Notes under the pieces: generated by a model
Seen by the model: only the letters and a program-made list of their open reading frames with translations
The model's database searches: none
Told to the model about the DNA's origin: nothing
Assembly (NCBI GenBank): GCA_051362555.1
Contig: CM120640.1
Location: forward strand, 40,030,788 to 40,094,787
Direction: 5' to 3'
Length of the DNA stretch: 64,000 nt
Origin: Lingula anatina
Lineage: Eukaryota > Animalia > Brachiopoda
Part shown: positions 1 through 13,483 of the stretch, piece after piece
How positions within the stretch are numbered: position 1 is the first letter of the stretch
How the letters are laid out: each line of letters begins with the position of its first letter
Translations under genes and position numbers: made by a program

Positions 1-890
1 GTTTTGTTTCACTTGAGCTGCTCTTGCTGACACACCGCAAAAGTCAAAAATCGAATTTCCATGAATATTTTAACAGAGCCCTGTGCCTGACAATAGTTAC
101 GGATGCGCAAAGCTAAAAGCTTTCACTAATAGCTCCGACCCATGGACTGCTTAAGATCTACACATTCACCGATTGTGGCGCGACGTATCTTTTCTCTTAG
201 TATAAGCTTACACTTTTCATCTCTACAGCGATAATGGTTACTAGCTAGACCCCTGATTTGTTCAAGTTTACCTTGAAGAATGGGATACTCATGGCAGGGC
301 TATTTTGCTATATTGCATGTAGCTACTTACGTCTATTTGAGTCATTTACACATATCTTTCAAACTGCATTTCGCTCTGTATCATCGGAAAAAAAGATGCA
401 GTGAATGGAAAGCACTGTCACACAGCATGAGAGACACTTACTGCACCTCGAGTTGTATTGCCTTTCTTATTTTGCTGTTTCTTCGTTCTTTTCATTTGTG
501 GTTTGTATTTATGTACCTCCCGTATTAATAACCAACGTCAGATGAATTTCCATGCTCAAAAATATAGCGTGCAATTCTAACATAGTCGTGCTCTTTAGCC
601 CACACGCACGGACGTACGGAAACAGGAAAACAAGCACGCACGCACTAATTAATTTTCTTTCAGCGTCTGGTATTAGTTTCATTTACTATATACTTGAATA
701 CCTCTTGATTTTTGTTGTAAGATTATCAAATTAGATTCAGTGATACCCATATCCCACACATCCATACCTTCCTCGTCTCCCACTCATATTATTGTGACAA
801 TAGTGTGGCCGTATTTCGTGATCTCTACGACCATGGTGTCTCCTCGAGCGTGGTGATAAAGTAAGGTAAATATTAAATTCGTGGGAGTAC

Positions 891-1192
891 CTCTCTCTCT
901 CCACTCTCTCTCTCTCTCTCTCTCTCTCCACTCTCTCTCTCTCTCTCTCTCTCTCTGACTGGGTTCCCATGCCTAGCTGGATCTAACTCTAGATCTAACT
1001 CCCTGGGGAGTCTCACTAAATTATTATCAACTTAACCGGCTTAAATGTCTGTCACGCGTACCAAATCAGCTAGGGTAAAGATATAATTACTAACAGTTTT
1101 TCTAGGCGTGACATACATTAAAGCCGGGTAAGTTGATAGCAATTTAGTGAGACTCCCCAGGGGGATAGATCGATCCAATTATCTGTGGGAAT

Positions 1193-1234
<42 letters not shown>

Positions 1235-1319
1235 TAGCAGTTACCATGTTGACATATACAGTGTAAGCTTGCGCGTGAGTGTTTGTCTGCGCGCGTGCTG
1301 TGTGTGTGTGTGTGTGTGT
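891..1319. repeat. (CT)n at 891-956 and 1195-1230; (GT)n at 1299-1319
   Basis: Directly visible. Confidence 0.95.
957..1196. mobile_element. Palindromic MITE (Harbinger-like) lying inside a (CT)n microsatellite
   Basis: Arms 1001-1057 (CCCTGGGGAGTCTCACTAAATT...GTCACGC) and 1106-1163 are reverse complements; outer GACT..TTCCCA / TGGGAA.AGTC; related copy at 61338-61563. Confidence 0.75.
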
Positions 1320-1783
1320 TTGAGAAAGAGAGATGGAGGGAGGGAGATAGTGAGTCTACCTTTACATTTCTACCCGCTCACCCCCACCCCCGTTTTGACC
1401 TACTTTGTATGCCAGGCCTATCTCCAGTATTAATAAGACTTACCTGCCGTCTCGGTCAACTCACGCTCTTATACCCTAAACCTTGTTAGCACATTAAATA
1501 TCAGCAACAAAATACTCATGTCCTTCAATTCAAGAGTACGTGTATACCCATTGTCTCAAAATTACACACTAACGTCATCTGCTTGCCTATACGCATATAC
1601 TAACATATTTTAGATTTGAAGTCTCTTTCACTTACGTCAATTTGATTGTGAATATCTCAAATATCGAAGGACCAATTTCCATCAGGGAAACTGACGAGAG
1701 TGGGAGGATGCTGTGAGTAGATGAAGTAACATCATTTATGACAGCGACAATGGTAAGCAGATGGTTCTAAATAACTGTTATTA

Positions 1784-2533
1784 AGCCATGTTCACATTAC
1801 TCTACACCTATTGGATCTGATTCGACGTAGAACCGCGTTAAAGCCCGGTTTACGTTTGGGACTATAACCATGTAAACTTGAATGCTTGAGTTCAGATATG
1901 GAGGGCTTGGCTTGACAGTGGTGATTGCAATGACGGGCAGCTCTCCCTAGCCCCACAATCAATTTACAGCTAATTGTTTATAGGCGACGTGCCTCTGATT
2001 CTGCACACTATTAACGTGAACACAGTGAACACAGGCCGTAGTACAGATAGTATGAGCTAGAACACATCGGACGTACAAACACACTGTATATCGTTTTTCA
2101 CATTTAAGCTTGTATTTATGATTAAGATAAAATAAATCAAATTTCTTTCCATAGGGACTTAATTCTTCAGGAACTCTAATTGCTACTCCGTCAAATACTT
2201 TATGCATCACTGCCTGCCCTCGTTTCCCATTTTTACAGTTTTTTTCTTACATATAAATAGGAATATCACATAAATCGAGCGCATTCTGCCGTTCGACACT
2301 CATGTAAAATGTTCGCTGCTTTACAGATTACTACTTACTGTGTCATGTTACTTGACAGCGCCATTTGTGAAGATCTTGCAAATAAATAACTTTACCGTAA
2401 AATACTTGGACGTGTTTTTTTAATTACCTCCACCGTTACACTAGCATGGGCCTGGGGGAAGCTTGGTTCACACCATTTGGTTTAAGGACTCATCAAGATC
2501 GACTTCAAGCCGATGATATATGTGAACCCAGCC
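1784..2533. mobile_element. Non-autonomous PIF/Harbinger-like element
   Basis: TTA|AGCCATGTTCACAT ... ATGTGAACCCAGCC|TTA: 14-nt imperfect TIR (10/14) with a 3-nt TTA TSD. Confidence 0.5.
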
Positions 2534-3601
2534 TTACATGTATCACCTTATAGCCAAGCATGTCGTCCTATACATTATGCCAGATACTTTGCATTTTATG
2601 TACAGTTTTACAGCCCGTTTCACCTTGTTTAATGGGAAAACAGATGTAAACATGCATGTCTAGAAGACGAAAATTTAATAAATAAAATATCATGATCCTA
2701 AGGTCCAAGCTCATTATAAGCCAATACGATTGCTGGTACTAGTTCAAATAAGTGGGGGTAGTTAGAGACCTGGGTAAATTTTTTCATGTAGTAGATTATG
2801 TATCAGCGCAAAAAATGACTCTTTTGCATATAAATATATATTGGCGTAGACGTCTAGTTGATAAGCTACCCAAAATAATAAAAAGGAGCTATTAATGTCA
2901 CAGGTCCACAGGGATTTCTAAGGTAATATATTTGTTTTCTACGTAAATACTCCATTGATGCTTCTTCTCGTTAATAAGAGAAAATGATCACAATGTGCCG
3001 TTTACCTGTCAGTACGGCTGAGCGTACAAGGTTTCGTGACAGAGAGATGTCTTTGCTCCCTCTGACACGTATGTGGGTGTGCGTGGGAGGAAGATTGCGC
3101 GTGATATGTCTTTGAATAAATAAAAAAACTGTTGCCCATACCAAGGAATTGGTATCAAATATCTCCTTGCCTATAATGAACCTTGTTAACGTTCTTACAA
3201 TGATGCTCCATTTATAGAGTACATTGTACGTGTACAAGTACGAGACATCAATTTTTCTTCTTCATCGATCTATTTGTCACATTGTTTTATCAAACTTACT
3301 CTCTTTAATGCCAAGGCATGAAAACGTGTTCAATTTGTGCCATCATTTCTACTTATTTCTGCTTTTCCCATGCTATGACCAACTTAATCGTGTTACCTGA
3401 TTTCAATGTCTTTGATTCAATACACTCTTATTTTTCTCGTTTGAGGTAGACTATACTTTTGGAATAGTTTCATAGAATTCAATATCAGTAAGTAAGTAAG
3501 TAATTTGGTTAGAAAGTGTTCGTGTTGGTGTATTTTCTGTTTGATATTACGTTGATATGCTAATACGTTATAATTATAATGACAGAAAAACTTAAATTTT
3601 C

Positions 3602-3603
<2 letters not shown>

Positions 3604-3632
<29 letters not shown>
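3604..3632. repeat. (CA)n microsatellite
   Basis: Directly visible; another (CA)n at 12447-12478. Confidence 0.95.
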
Positions 3633-3638
<6 letters not shown>

Positions 3639-4908
3639 TACATGTACGCACCCCCGTATATATAACAGCGTCTACTGCATGTAGGCATGTATCTTCGACC
3701 CTTCCTACAGCTGCTGCATCGGACCAACTGTGTCACAGTCGAATTTTTGTTCTCTATTACCATCTCAGCAGACGATACACCGTTACACCGTTACTCTGGG
3801 TTATATAGACGTATATCCTACATTTCATCTTTGCGATGAAAGATACCATGTGTTTATTTACAAAGATTTATGGGTCTTTCATGTATCACGCCCATTTCTT
3901 TACAGACACAGACTCGTTTCGTAATTTATACCTACATGTACCATGTCACAGATTTTGTCTTTGCGATGTCAATCACTAAAGTATTTGTGTCAATATAAAC
4001 TGCAGGAAGATGAAAAAAGAAATGCTGAAATTAAGTCTTAATCCAAGCAGCCAAACCTTTCTTTGCAAGAGCTATGTTATAATTCATTAGAAGGTAGGGT
4101 TTGGGTTGGGGGGCAATCTTTATTAAGACAAATAAATCACGTATTTTATCGCTAACCACTTTATGGATGAAGTTCCGTGTTTTAAGGTAGGCCTACGTTA
4201 AAACACGGAACTTCATTCATATCTCTACCGTCTCCCACGGTTTCAAGGTTAACTTCAACTGAACCAAATTCAATTCATTTATTGTGAAATCGAAATTACA
4301 CTTGGAGGCCTTTGGTGGCGGTAGATGATAGTAAATTATTGCGGGACCTCGGAAATTACAGAAAAAAGAAAGAAACGAACTGGAAAACGCGATGTTTTGC
4401 ATGATTGAATAAATTATATGGCATTGAGAAATAATAAAGTTGATTTCAAAATCTTTTTCGTGGAGTTCTGGGCACTAATAATTCTATTCCTGTAACTTTG
4501 AATGGTGTGTTAAGTATGTATGTATGTACTGTATGCCACCGCATTAATGTTAACATGCAAAATGGTACCACAGCCATTGTGCCATTGTGCTTTGATTCTA
4601 TTTTTTTTATTTGCAAATGTGCACCAAAGTAAAAATGTATAAATCAAGATTTTTAAAGCAGATCATTGTTTTTATTATTATATTATTATTTTTATACAAT
4701 TTTTACAGATCATCTTCCAGTAGCTACTGTTGGTTTTTTAGTCTCTCCATGAGCAATGGTGACTACCAGCATATGGATTAATGTCACCCTTGACGTATAA
4801 ACTGATGCGAGGTCTAGTTATGGTATTACACGTAGGTCTCTTTAAAAAAACCGAATTACTTAATTATGAAAAAGGTTTTCCGCTGTCTCTAGATATGATT
4901 GACCTAGA

Positions 4909-5076
4909 CAGGGGCGGATCCAGAGATATTTTCTGACAGTCTTCCAAATTATCTTTGTGGATCCATCCTCCATTTTTGACCGTCTTCCGACAGAAAAAGA
5001 TAGATACCCGTCAATATAAACTTGAAAATCTGACCGTCTTCTGGAAGACCCAGAAGACGGCCTAAATCCGCCCCTG
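4909..5076. mobile_element. MITE with CAGGGGCGGAT TIRs (hAT-like termini)
   Basis: CAGGGGCGGAT...ATCCGCCCCTG; CTAGA directly repeated on both flanks; internal GAC(A/C)GTCTTC subrepeats. Confidence 0.75.
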
Positions 5077-5077
5077 C

Positions 5078-5239
5078 TAGAGACTAAATAACGAGAGTCA
5101 TAGGCCCTACACTACGTTTCGAGCCACCATCTAAGTCCACATTTTCTAGGTGTCACATTCAGCAACGGAATCGCCAATTCACGTGATCAAGATTCATTGA
5201 TGGTGAACGTAGTGTATGACTGTTTTTATTCAGTCTCTA
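5078..5239. mobile_element. Palindromic MITE with TAGAGACT termini
   Basis: TAGAGACTAAATAA...GTCA(TAGGCCC)TACACTACGTT pairs with AACGTAGTGTATGAC...TTATTCAGTCTCTA. Confidence 0.65.
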
Positions 5240-7300
5240 AGCCAAAGATATCATTTCTTTACAGGTTTTTTCCTTGTTTAGTCAATGGAAAAATCGGTTG
5301 TTTCCGTGACCCGAAATCTATCGAGAAATTCAAGAGTAATTGCTGCGGAAAATAGCCATGATGAAGTGACGCAAATCGGTCATCAAGTACACTTCAGATA
5401 AGTTTAGCAAACGCACGTCCAATTCACGGGTGATAATAAGGCGTCCTACGTAACCAACTGTCATACATGTAGTATGCGGTTTTCAGTCTTTCTCATGAAT
5501 CTAGGATATAATAACTAATAATAATGTTTCCGTCTTTACATCTCTATATCATGGTGGTGATTTCATAGTTAATATGAGGAAATATTTGAAGGTGACCAGG
5601 GATGTATCGTAGCGGTGATTTCAAGGCCAAATTACATTTCAGAAACTTTATATTGTAATAATGTCAAAGTTGTTAAAATGACTTAGGCCTACTTATCTTC
5701 GAAACCCAAACTGTTTAACGAGACGTTATGTTATCTATTGTGTCTTCATTTTACGGCGAGAAAGCATGCAAAGCAAACCTTAACAGACAGACTACAATTA
5801 ATTATAAGAACACTGTAGTCATCGGCTGAGGCCAAAGTAATTACTATGTTTGACTAAGAATCCTGATGAATCTGTCATGTCATATAGCAATAACTGTGCG
5901 CTGATGTCTGGCATCACCGCATTTGGTTTGACATTACGAGAACGTTTGATAGGAAAAATCGACTTGAGCAAATAAAAACAGATATACCTCCACTCCCTTT
6001 GTAGACTCTGATTTATCAATAAGCACAATGAAACTGGCATTCAAAGGAGAGATTGAGAAATATTTGATTTAAGTTTTAAGAACATCTGCCTAGAACTTTG
6101 TCTGGGAACCATTGCCCTCCTTTATACACGTAAGCATCAATCTGACAACAGTTATTGCAAAATATAGATCCTTCCCAATATCTAAAACGAATTTAAGCCA
6201 TATAGACTTTAATATCTCACCCATTTCCCTACTCCTGGATGAATGAACGTTCTGTAAAGATTCAAGTAAAAGGCAGTAGGGATTTGAAGAGGTTACTGGA
6301 TGCTTTGGTTAAAACTAAAACCTTTCTGAAAAGAAGGATATCTTCTTGTTTCGTAAAAAGATGAAATTGTACATAAAAAGTAAAAGTGTTTAAGCAAGAA
6401 AAACTGCATTTGGTATTGGCTCTGCGATAGCCTTAGCTCCTCAGAGCACGTGTTGCAGTGGCGCCTTTGAAGTTTGTTTTACAGCCCCAGAACTTGCTAA
6501 ATTTGGCCCGGCTACAGTAAGATTCGACTAATGAGAACTTTTGAATAAGTATGTCGTCCAATGACCATTGTGCTACATGTTAGTTGATAGCCATACTAGC
6601 AAGAAACTCAAACAAAAATCATCGGAATTCAACTTTTGATCTTGCATAACAGATTGTCCCTCTGCATCTGTTCTCGGAAAATTATCGATATTTCTTCTTT
6701 ATCAATCAGGTTTCTGTATCCTGTTCAATAAATTTGCACTGACAACCCTAGTCCAAATACAGCGCAGGTGCATTAAAAATACAAGATGTTACAATCAATA
6801 TGTAATTACTTGTGAGCAATGTGAACCTAGTTATTGGATGAGTCACTTGGGAAGAGGGATACCCAAATGAATACTGAACTGATTTCCCGTCCAAGGCTAC
6901 CTTTCATATAGGCCTACTGTATCTCTTAACTTACAACTAGCGAATTCATAAAAATGTAATTTTTTTTCATTAGTGATATAACAATTGACAGTAATTCTTA
7001 ATTTATCAAAGGATACCCTTGACTAACAAGAGAATTAGCACTTTTCCAAGCTTAGATTTGGCACGGTGCCAACTCTTACTTTCTTAAAACTGGATATATT
7101 CGACCTAATATTCTTTACCAAATTTTGCCATTCAACTTTTAATCATTACATTTCTATATACAGACCTTATTAGTGTTTCCAGCCTCTTGATCAAGCAGTG
7201 CTCTCGCTGTTCATACCCATGGTGTGTCTCAAGTATATGCACACCCGAGCACACTTGGTATTTACTGTGTAAATGTCACGAACTTATTAGCAAATCTCAT

Positions 7301-7717
7301 ATAGGTCCCTAACGACTCGCATGACACTCTGGAACCATTGCAAGCCGCGGCATGTATGAAGTGTGCCTTTCCTAGAATTTTCCGACCGATTACGGATGAC
7401 GTCACATCGTGCTATGCAAATATGGATCTAACCCATCAATCGGGCTGGATTGAAAAAGTTGGGCACTGTGTTTGGAACGCACTGGATGTCAGATCTTTGA
7501 AGAAAAAAAGAGTTATTTCGCACTGCGTTCACGTTTACAAACTGTTACATTTTTTGGTACTTCAGTAACAATTTTACAAAAATATTTTTCGGCCTATCTG
7601 TTTGCGAGCGACCGTAGCAAAATATCTGGCATTTCCATAATTTATTTGGCTTTCGTTGAAGCTAGATGTGATCAATATAGACTTATTGTCCATAGACGTC
7701 ACAGAATGGAATCCTAT
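7301..7717. mobile_element. Possible MITE with ATAGG...CCTAT ends and internal GACGTCAC repeats
   Basis: Short inverted termini and two GACGTCACA motifs; weak support. Confidence 0.3.
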
Positions 7718-10700
7718 TGATTGCAATTTGATAAATGTCAAACTAGCCCATATAACCTCTTCCTGTACGCTTTTCCCCTCTTAATATGACCAGTTAGCCA
7801 CAAACAAACATCAATATTAGATATTACTGACTTAACAGTGCATTTTCGTTCAGCAGATTACTCTTTCTGGGTGTCTTGCCGCGGTGTTGTCGAATCTCTT
7901 TGTGTCCTTGGTTTCTTTTATAAAGCAAATTCACCAATGTTTCAAAAATCTTCAATTACGTTTTCACTCAGTTCGTTTAAAGACCGATGACGTTAAGATG
8001 GCAAGTATAGAAGGCTGTTTGTGTTTGTATCAACACACACCGCAACAGTTGTGTTAAAAGAAGTTATGGTGTTCTCTTTGGGTCAGTGCCATTATATCTG
8101 AAAAAAGTTTAGCTGGATGTGTAAAGAGTTATTTTAAAAATACTCCTGAATATTAAATCCGCCCTTTTTAGAATCCTATTGGCTGTTTCATCTAAATCTC
8201 ATCCTAAACTACTTCAGTTGTTATGAAGTTTTTGGACACGATTCAGCTAGCTTTTGTGAGATACTTGGTTCCAGTATAAATTCAAAGCACTGTTGAAACG
8301 TTTTTTTACCGTGCAGAGGAGCGGCTATTTGTAAAACTGATTTTATATCTGAACAGGTTTTCTTGAATTACATGGTGCAAGGGTACATAAGGCTCATCTT
8401 AAAATTATTTAAAAGAAAAGAAAAGAAAGGATTAAATTATATATTTGATAAGTCTTAATCATTTAAAGTGTACAAGTACCGACAAAAACAACTTAATTCA
8501 TCAGGGCATTTGTTCCTCAACAGTCTTATTGTTCACTGATCCGAGTGTGCAGACGGTTTCGTGATGACGTAACAGCGAGGGTAAGTGCGTCTTACTGGCA
8601 ATTCTATGTGAAAATCTGGATTCAGACAAACGTCTAGGCGTTTTTATTCTTTTTTTTCTAGGTTGAAGTTTAAATAGAAATAAATACTCCTCTAACGTTA
8701 CACAATGGGACATCGTTTGCCGTTTATGGTATGTAAAAAGAACAGTTTTAGACAAGCCTTCATTGGCATTTTGCAATAGAGTGATTTGCATGTATACAAG
8801 GGGCATTTTCGTGGCATATATACTTTGGTATATTATATATCTATTTACAGTATAGGATAATGATCATTTATCATGTTTTAGTATAGGTGCTATAATAAAG
8901 GATTTAAACCAAGTAGTCATGCAGAAGCATCTTACCCTAAACTGCCATTACTTTAATTTGATGGAAAGAACTGCACCGATTTCTATCTGAAAAAATCTAT
9001 TGGAAGAATACTTAAGCGTCCACGTACCTTAAAAAGCAACGTCGTCTATGGTTTTCCACATTATAACCACCCTTTCCAATCCGAAATACCAGTATAAAAC
9101 CAACAAAATGACACAAGCAGCTGTCTGGTGTTAGGTTTATATACTTTGAAATGCAGCCGCGAGAGGAAAAAACGATCTTTTTGTGGTCTTGGCGTTTTTA
9201 TATAAAAATCATTTCTGGGTCTACATGTACTTTCATATTTCATTACAAAGTAAATGTACGTTTTGAATCAAAAACGTGGTTCATTTACATTTGATAAAGA
9301 AGCACTGGTAATTTCAGGAAGTGAAAGCAAATGACATGTAAATACGTTAATTTGATATGGATGGAATATTCAATCAAAGTGAAGTCAAATATCAAGTCCT
9401 GGTTTTTTCCCATTGTAACGGAAAGTAGCGCAGTATGCTCTTTGAGCTCTTTGAGTGCTTATAGCTGCAGCGTATTGATCAGTTTTTTATCGTTATCAAC
9501 TCAACTTTTTTTTGCTTCATTTTTTTCCACGGAATTAATGAGTTTTAACCATACAGTCGCGACAAAAGAATCACAGAAGTTTTATGTCAAGGCTATGTAA
9601 ATGTTTTATTTGACTTTCTGAGAGTATTTACCGGTGCGAAAACGATCTTCGCTTACTTACGCATTTCCCCATACGTGGGTAATGAGACTAAGCACAAAAC
9701 ACGAAAAGGTTTTGTCGTCTGTTTCTTCCCAGGTGACACTCTTCTCCGGAGTGAACTTTTTCTTGACATCATTGACGTCTTTATGTTTAAGGCAGCACCA
9801 GTGACTGCAATGATACTGTATTGTGACATTTCAGCTGTCTTTGACACTTGACTGCACGGGTGTTTTATTAAAAAATGAATCTATTAAGGACCGAAATCAT
9901 AATGCCCGGACTGAAATCCAGTGTATCGCATTGCGCCCTGCAAAGCATAGAAAGTGTGTAGTGATCAGACTGCAATGATGGTGAGTGAACGAACAGTATT
10001 TCGGAAAATTGGAAAGCTATATCTCCAGAAAAGTTGAGGCATGTATCAAAAAAGGAAAAAAAAAAGAGAGAGAATGCAAATGCATAGAAGATCGATAAAT
10101 CGCCCTTTCTAAGAGATAGTAAGGGAAACTCCGTAAACCGGATGACTTTTGATTAGGCAAAACAGTTTGGAGTGAACTTGTGCAAAGGAAGCGCACTCCC
10201 CTCACCTGTAGCACAATCATATGCTAGGGCCAGTCAAAACTTTGCAATGCAGATAAGTATAAAGCAAGATACATGTATGTGAAAATAGCCCAAATAAACA
10301 TTGCATGGTATATTGTGTTTGTTCGAATAGAATAGGCGGAAATAGGATCCTCGGAACTCTGTCGTCTGTGAAATCGCCTTTGCTTCATCACACACAGTGC
10401 TGTGTCGGTGGTTCAAACGTGGGTGTAACTATCACCTTTCGGCCACACTTAATTATTATTGTCACAATTTTTTTCTGTCGAATCACGTATCATATGAACA
10501 TGTGGTTTTCCTTGCCATCTATGACATCAAAACAACGACAACAATTTCTTAACATGCAGGCACACGTTGTCTTTGGAAAGTTGTTTTGATCATTGTAAGT
10601 ATTCTATTGGTACATGAGAAGGGGACAAAATATGGAAAAGTAACTGTAAACAATAGACTTGTGACTTGAGCTTTTCTTGATTCTGCTGACGTAATTGAAA

Positions 10701-11330
10701 TAACTCTTACTTTGATGCATGCGATGTTTTTTAAGTACATTTACACTAGAACAACGTATATCTTCTGTCGTATAGCCTTGTTGTTAACACAATGGGAATG
10801 GTCCTCTTTTATCACTATACGATATTATTGCTTTTACGAGCTCTCAAATATCAAATTGAAAAAACTCAAGTAGGCCTACAAAATTAATTCAAACATGATC
10901 AATTTGTACCTGAAGGGATATGATGTCATTTTTATTTTTTGCCAAAGTCACTAAGATGGCTACATGAGTTTGTAAACGAAGCACCGCTTTTGTTCAGTGA
11001 ACTCGCTGCGAGTGAAAAGCTTAACAAACAAAATCACTTTCTTTCAGAAAGCAAACTCGACACCTTTGACGCAAGAAATGGCGACTGCTACAGCTGGTCG
11101 CCTGTCTCTACTACCACACTTGGAAAACTGCTGGACATCACTATCCTTCGCTGTATTTGGCCAGCACAATCTTATGTAAAAATATCTTTCAAAGGCAACA
11201 AGCAAAAAATCTTGAACTTTAGGTCAGCAGTTTCGTAGATTTTTTGATTGACAGAATAAAAATCTAGCATTATTGGACTGGCTTCCAGCATATAAGGCTT
11301 GAGTGTCTCCCGTATATGTCTCTTAACATT

Positions 11331-11559
11331 TTAGCCTCCGCCAAGGTCTTTGATTCCGTTAGTTTGTTAGCTTGTCTCTCTGTTAGCAACATTATGCAAA
11401 AGGTTAAGGGTGGATTTTGATGAAATATTTGGATAGGCCAAAAATTGCCTAACTTAAAAGTGATTAGATTTTGGTGACAATCCATTCATTAATTAATGAC
11501 TGATTATTAGTTAATTATTTGTCTTGCTGGAGGTCTACGCTCACTGGGTGATTTTCTAG
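11331..11559 (+). mobile_element. Helentron-associated non-autonomous element (HINE/DINE-1-like)
   Basis: Subterminal inverted repeats CCTCCGCCAAG / CTTGCTGGAGG, GTTTGTTAG-type simple repeat, GGATTTTGATGAAAT core, 3' stem-loop CGCTCACTGGGTG and terminal TTCTAG. A possible 5' fragment of the same type lies at ~27930-28060. Confidence 0.7.
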
Positions 11560-13329
11560 AAAATATGAAATGTAAATATGATTATAGGCCTGCCCATACC
11601 AAACTTGTTACCTTTTAAAATATTTCAATCCCTTGGCCTTCCCATCTGATAAGTATTTGTTTACAACGCCAACTTTGTTAGCCATGGCGGGACATGTTTT
11701 ACAACGCTTCTCCCCAAGTATGTAATTATAAGCAAGGTGTCAGGAAATTAATTTCATAAATGAATATAATCAAAAAGGTCACTGAAGGTTTATTTTCATG
11801 TTAGATTTAGCTCTCATCAGTCAGTGAAATATCCCAGACAACGTCAAAAGTAACGTGAGCCTCACAGAAATAGAAGCAAGCACGCAAAATCATGACTCCG
11901 TGTAGGCGGCGTATGCACTTACTGATAGGTATAGCACTTATGCTATCATTTTCACCTGCAGCATTTAGGTTTCAGTTGTTATTGTAACTTTGGGAAATAG
12001 TAAATCAATACACGAAAATAAATAAATGAAAAAATACACGAAAAATGACCTTCAATACTCGACTTTTCACGCAAGTTTGGCAAACTCATAATCCTAAGTG
12101 TAATATCTAAACTATTTTTGAGCCTAACACTAATTTGATATTGTGTTGTAAAGTATATTACATATTTTAAAATAAATAGAAAATCAAGAGGAGGATTCGA
12201 CACAAGATAACCATCAATGCTGCGTTTTAAGGATTTGCAAGAAGTGAATGCTTACACGCGTTTTGTAAAAGCCTTGCTGAATCCACCCACATCATAGGAT
12301 TGTACCACCTGGTTTTGCCTATTCTCTTTCAAATAGGTTTAATGTGACAATATACACAAAATACTTCCTGATTCCGTTTTGTGCCAATATCTAATGTCAA
12401 CAGGTCTGACATTGGTTGTAATTACCAAACGTGGGCAGTAATTGTAACACACACACACACACACACGCACACACACACTGATTGTTTTGAGGGCGCCGAG
12501 TTTATTTGCACTATATGACAGAAGCACTATCCAGGATATCTCTACATATCTTAGTGTGTTGGTAGCCGCAGAAAAGGGACACTGTGATGTCATATTTTTC
12601 CCCAGTTTGTCCGTTATCATTCAGTTTCAGAATGAAACTGAAACGCAGCTGCACTTAAATACGTATATCGCGGGCTTGGGGGAGAGAAGGCGGCCTTACA
12701 GAGAATGTGATTGGCGGCGAATCTATTCAGTGGCCTACAACTAAAGTCAATACTGCTACAATGTACGTACGGTATGACACATAGTGTTGGAGAAGGTTTC
12801 ATCCATTCTGGTCATTATAACGTATATTCTCCAGCTGATTACCACATTCTTAAACCACTTCCACTCGTTAGTTAAGTTCTTAACGGATCACCGGCACTTA
12901 TATACACGCATTATAGATGGTTTTTCATACAATGTGAATGTGATAATGAATCAATTTCCAGGCGGGCATAAAGGCAACAATTGCCGTCCTTTCAACAACA
13001 TCCTTGGCAGCATTCTGTACTTGGCTTTCAAACCCGTTAAGATTAGGTTTGTGGTTGCCACAGTTCGAGGGAAGGCAATCGTTTACTGGAAAAGTTGGTA
13101 CCAATAACATCTAAAAGACGTTATACTAACCCTAATAACATCACGATGGAAGGCAATTTATCGCTATTGAAAGAGAAGATGCAACTTGGTGAAGAAAATT
13201 ACTGATAGTATGATACCAATAGCTCTTTCACTTCAAACCAGGATGACCAAAACTGTTTTGATAGATCACTACCTAATGGATATTTGTTAGGATTGACTTG
13301 TGAAAGGCTAACTGAAGAAGACACTGGCT

Positions 13330-13336
<7 letters not shown>

Positions 13337-13360
<24 letters not shown>

Positions 13361-13446
13361 CATACACATACTTATTTTAATCATTGTTTTTACCATTACC
13401 ATTTTTACGGTTTTTACCACTAGTATATTCACACACACACACACAC

Positions 13447-13477
<31 letters not shown>
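13337..13477. repeat. (CT)n and (CA)n microsatellites
   Basis: 13337-13359 and 13430-13477. Confidence 0.95.

Positions 13478-13483
<6 letters not shown>

Noticed and set aside
737-1489. ORFs with ERERER, SLSLSL, CVCVCV runs (likewise at 3417, 13199, 17815 and 25189)
   Set aside because: Microsatellite translations.
5800-6800. Stretch that looks like decayed coding DNA
   Set aside because: No recognisable motif or sustained frame.
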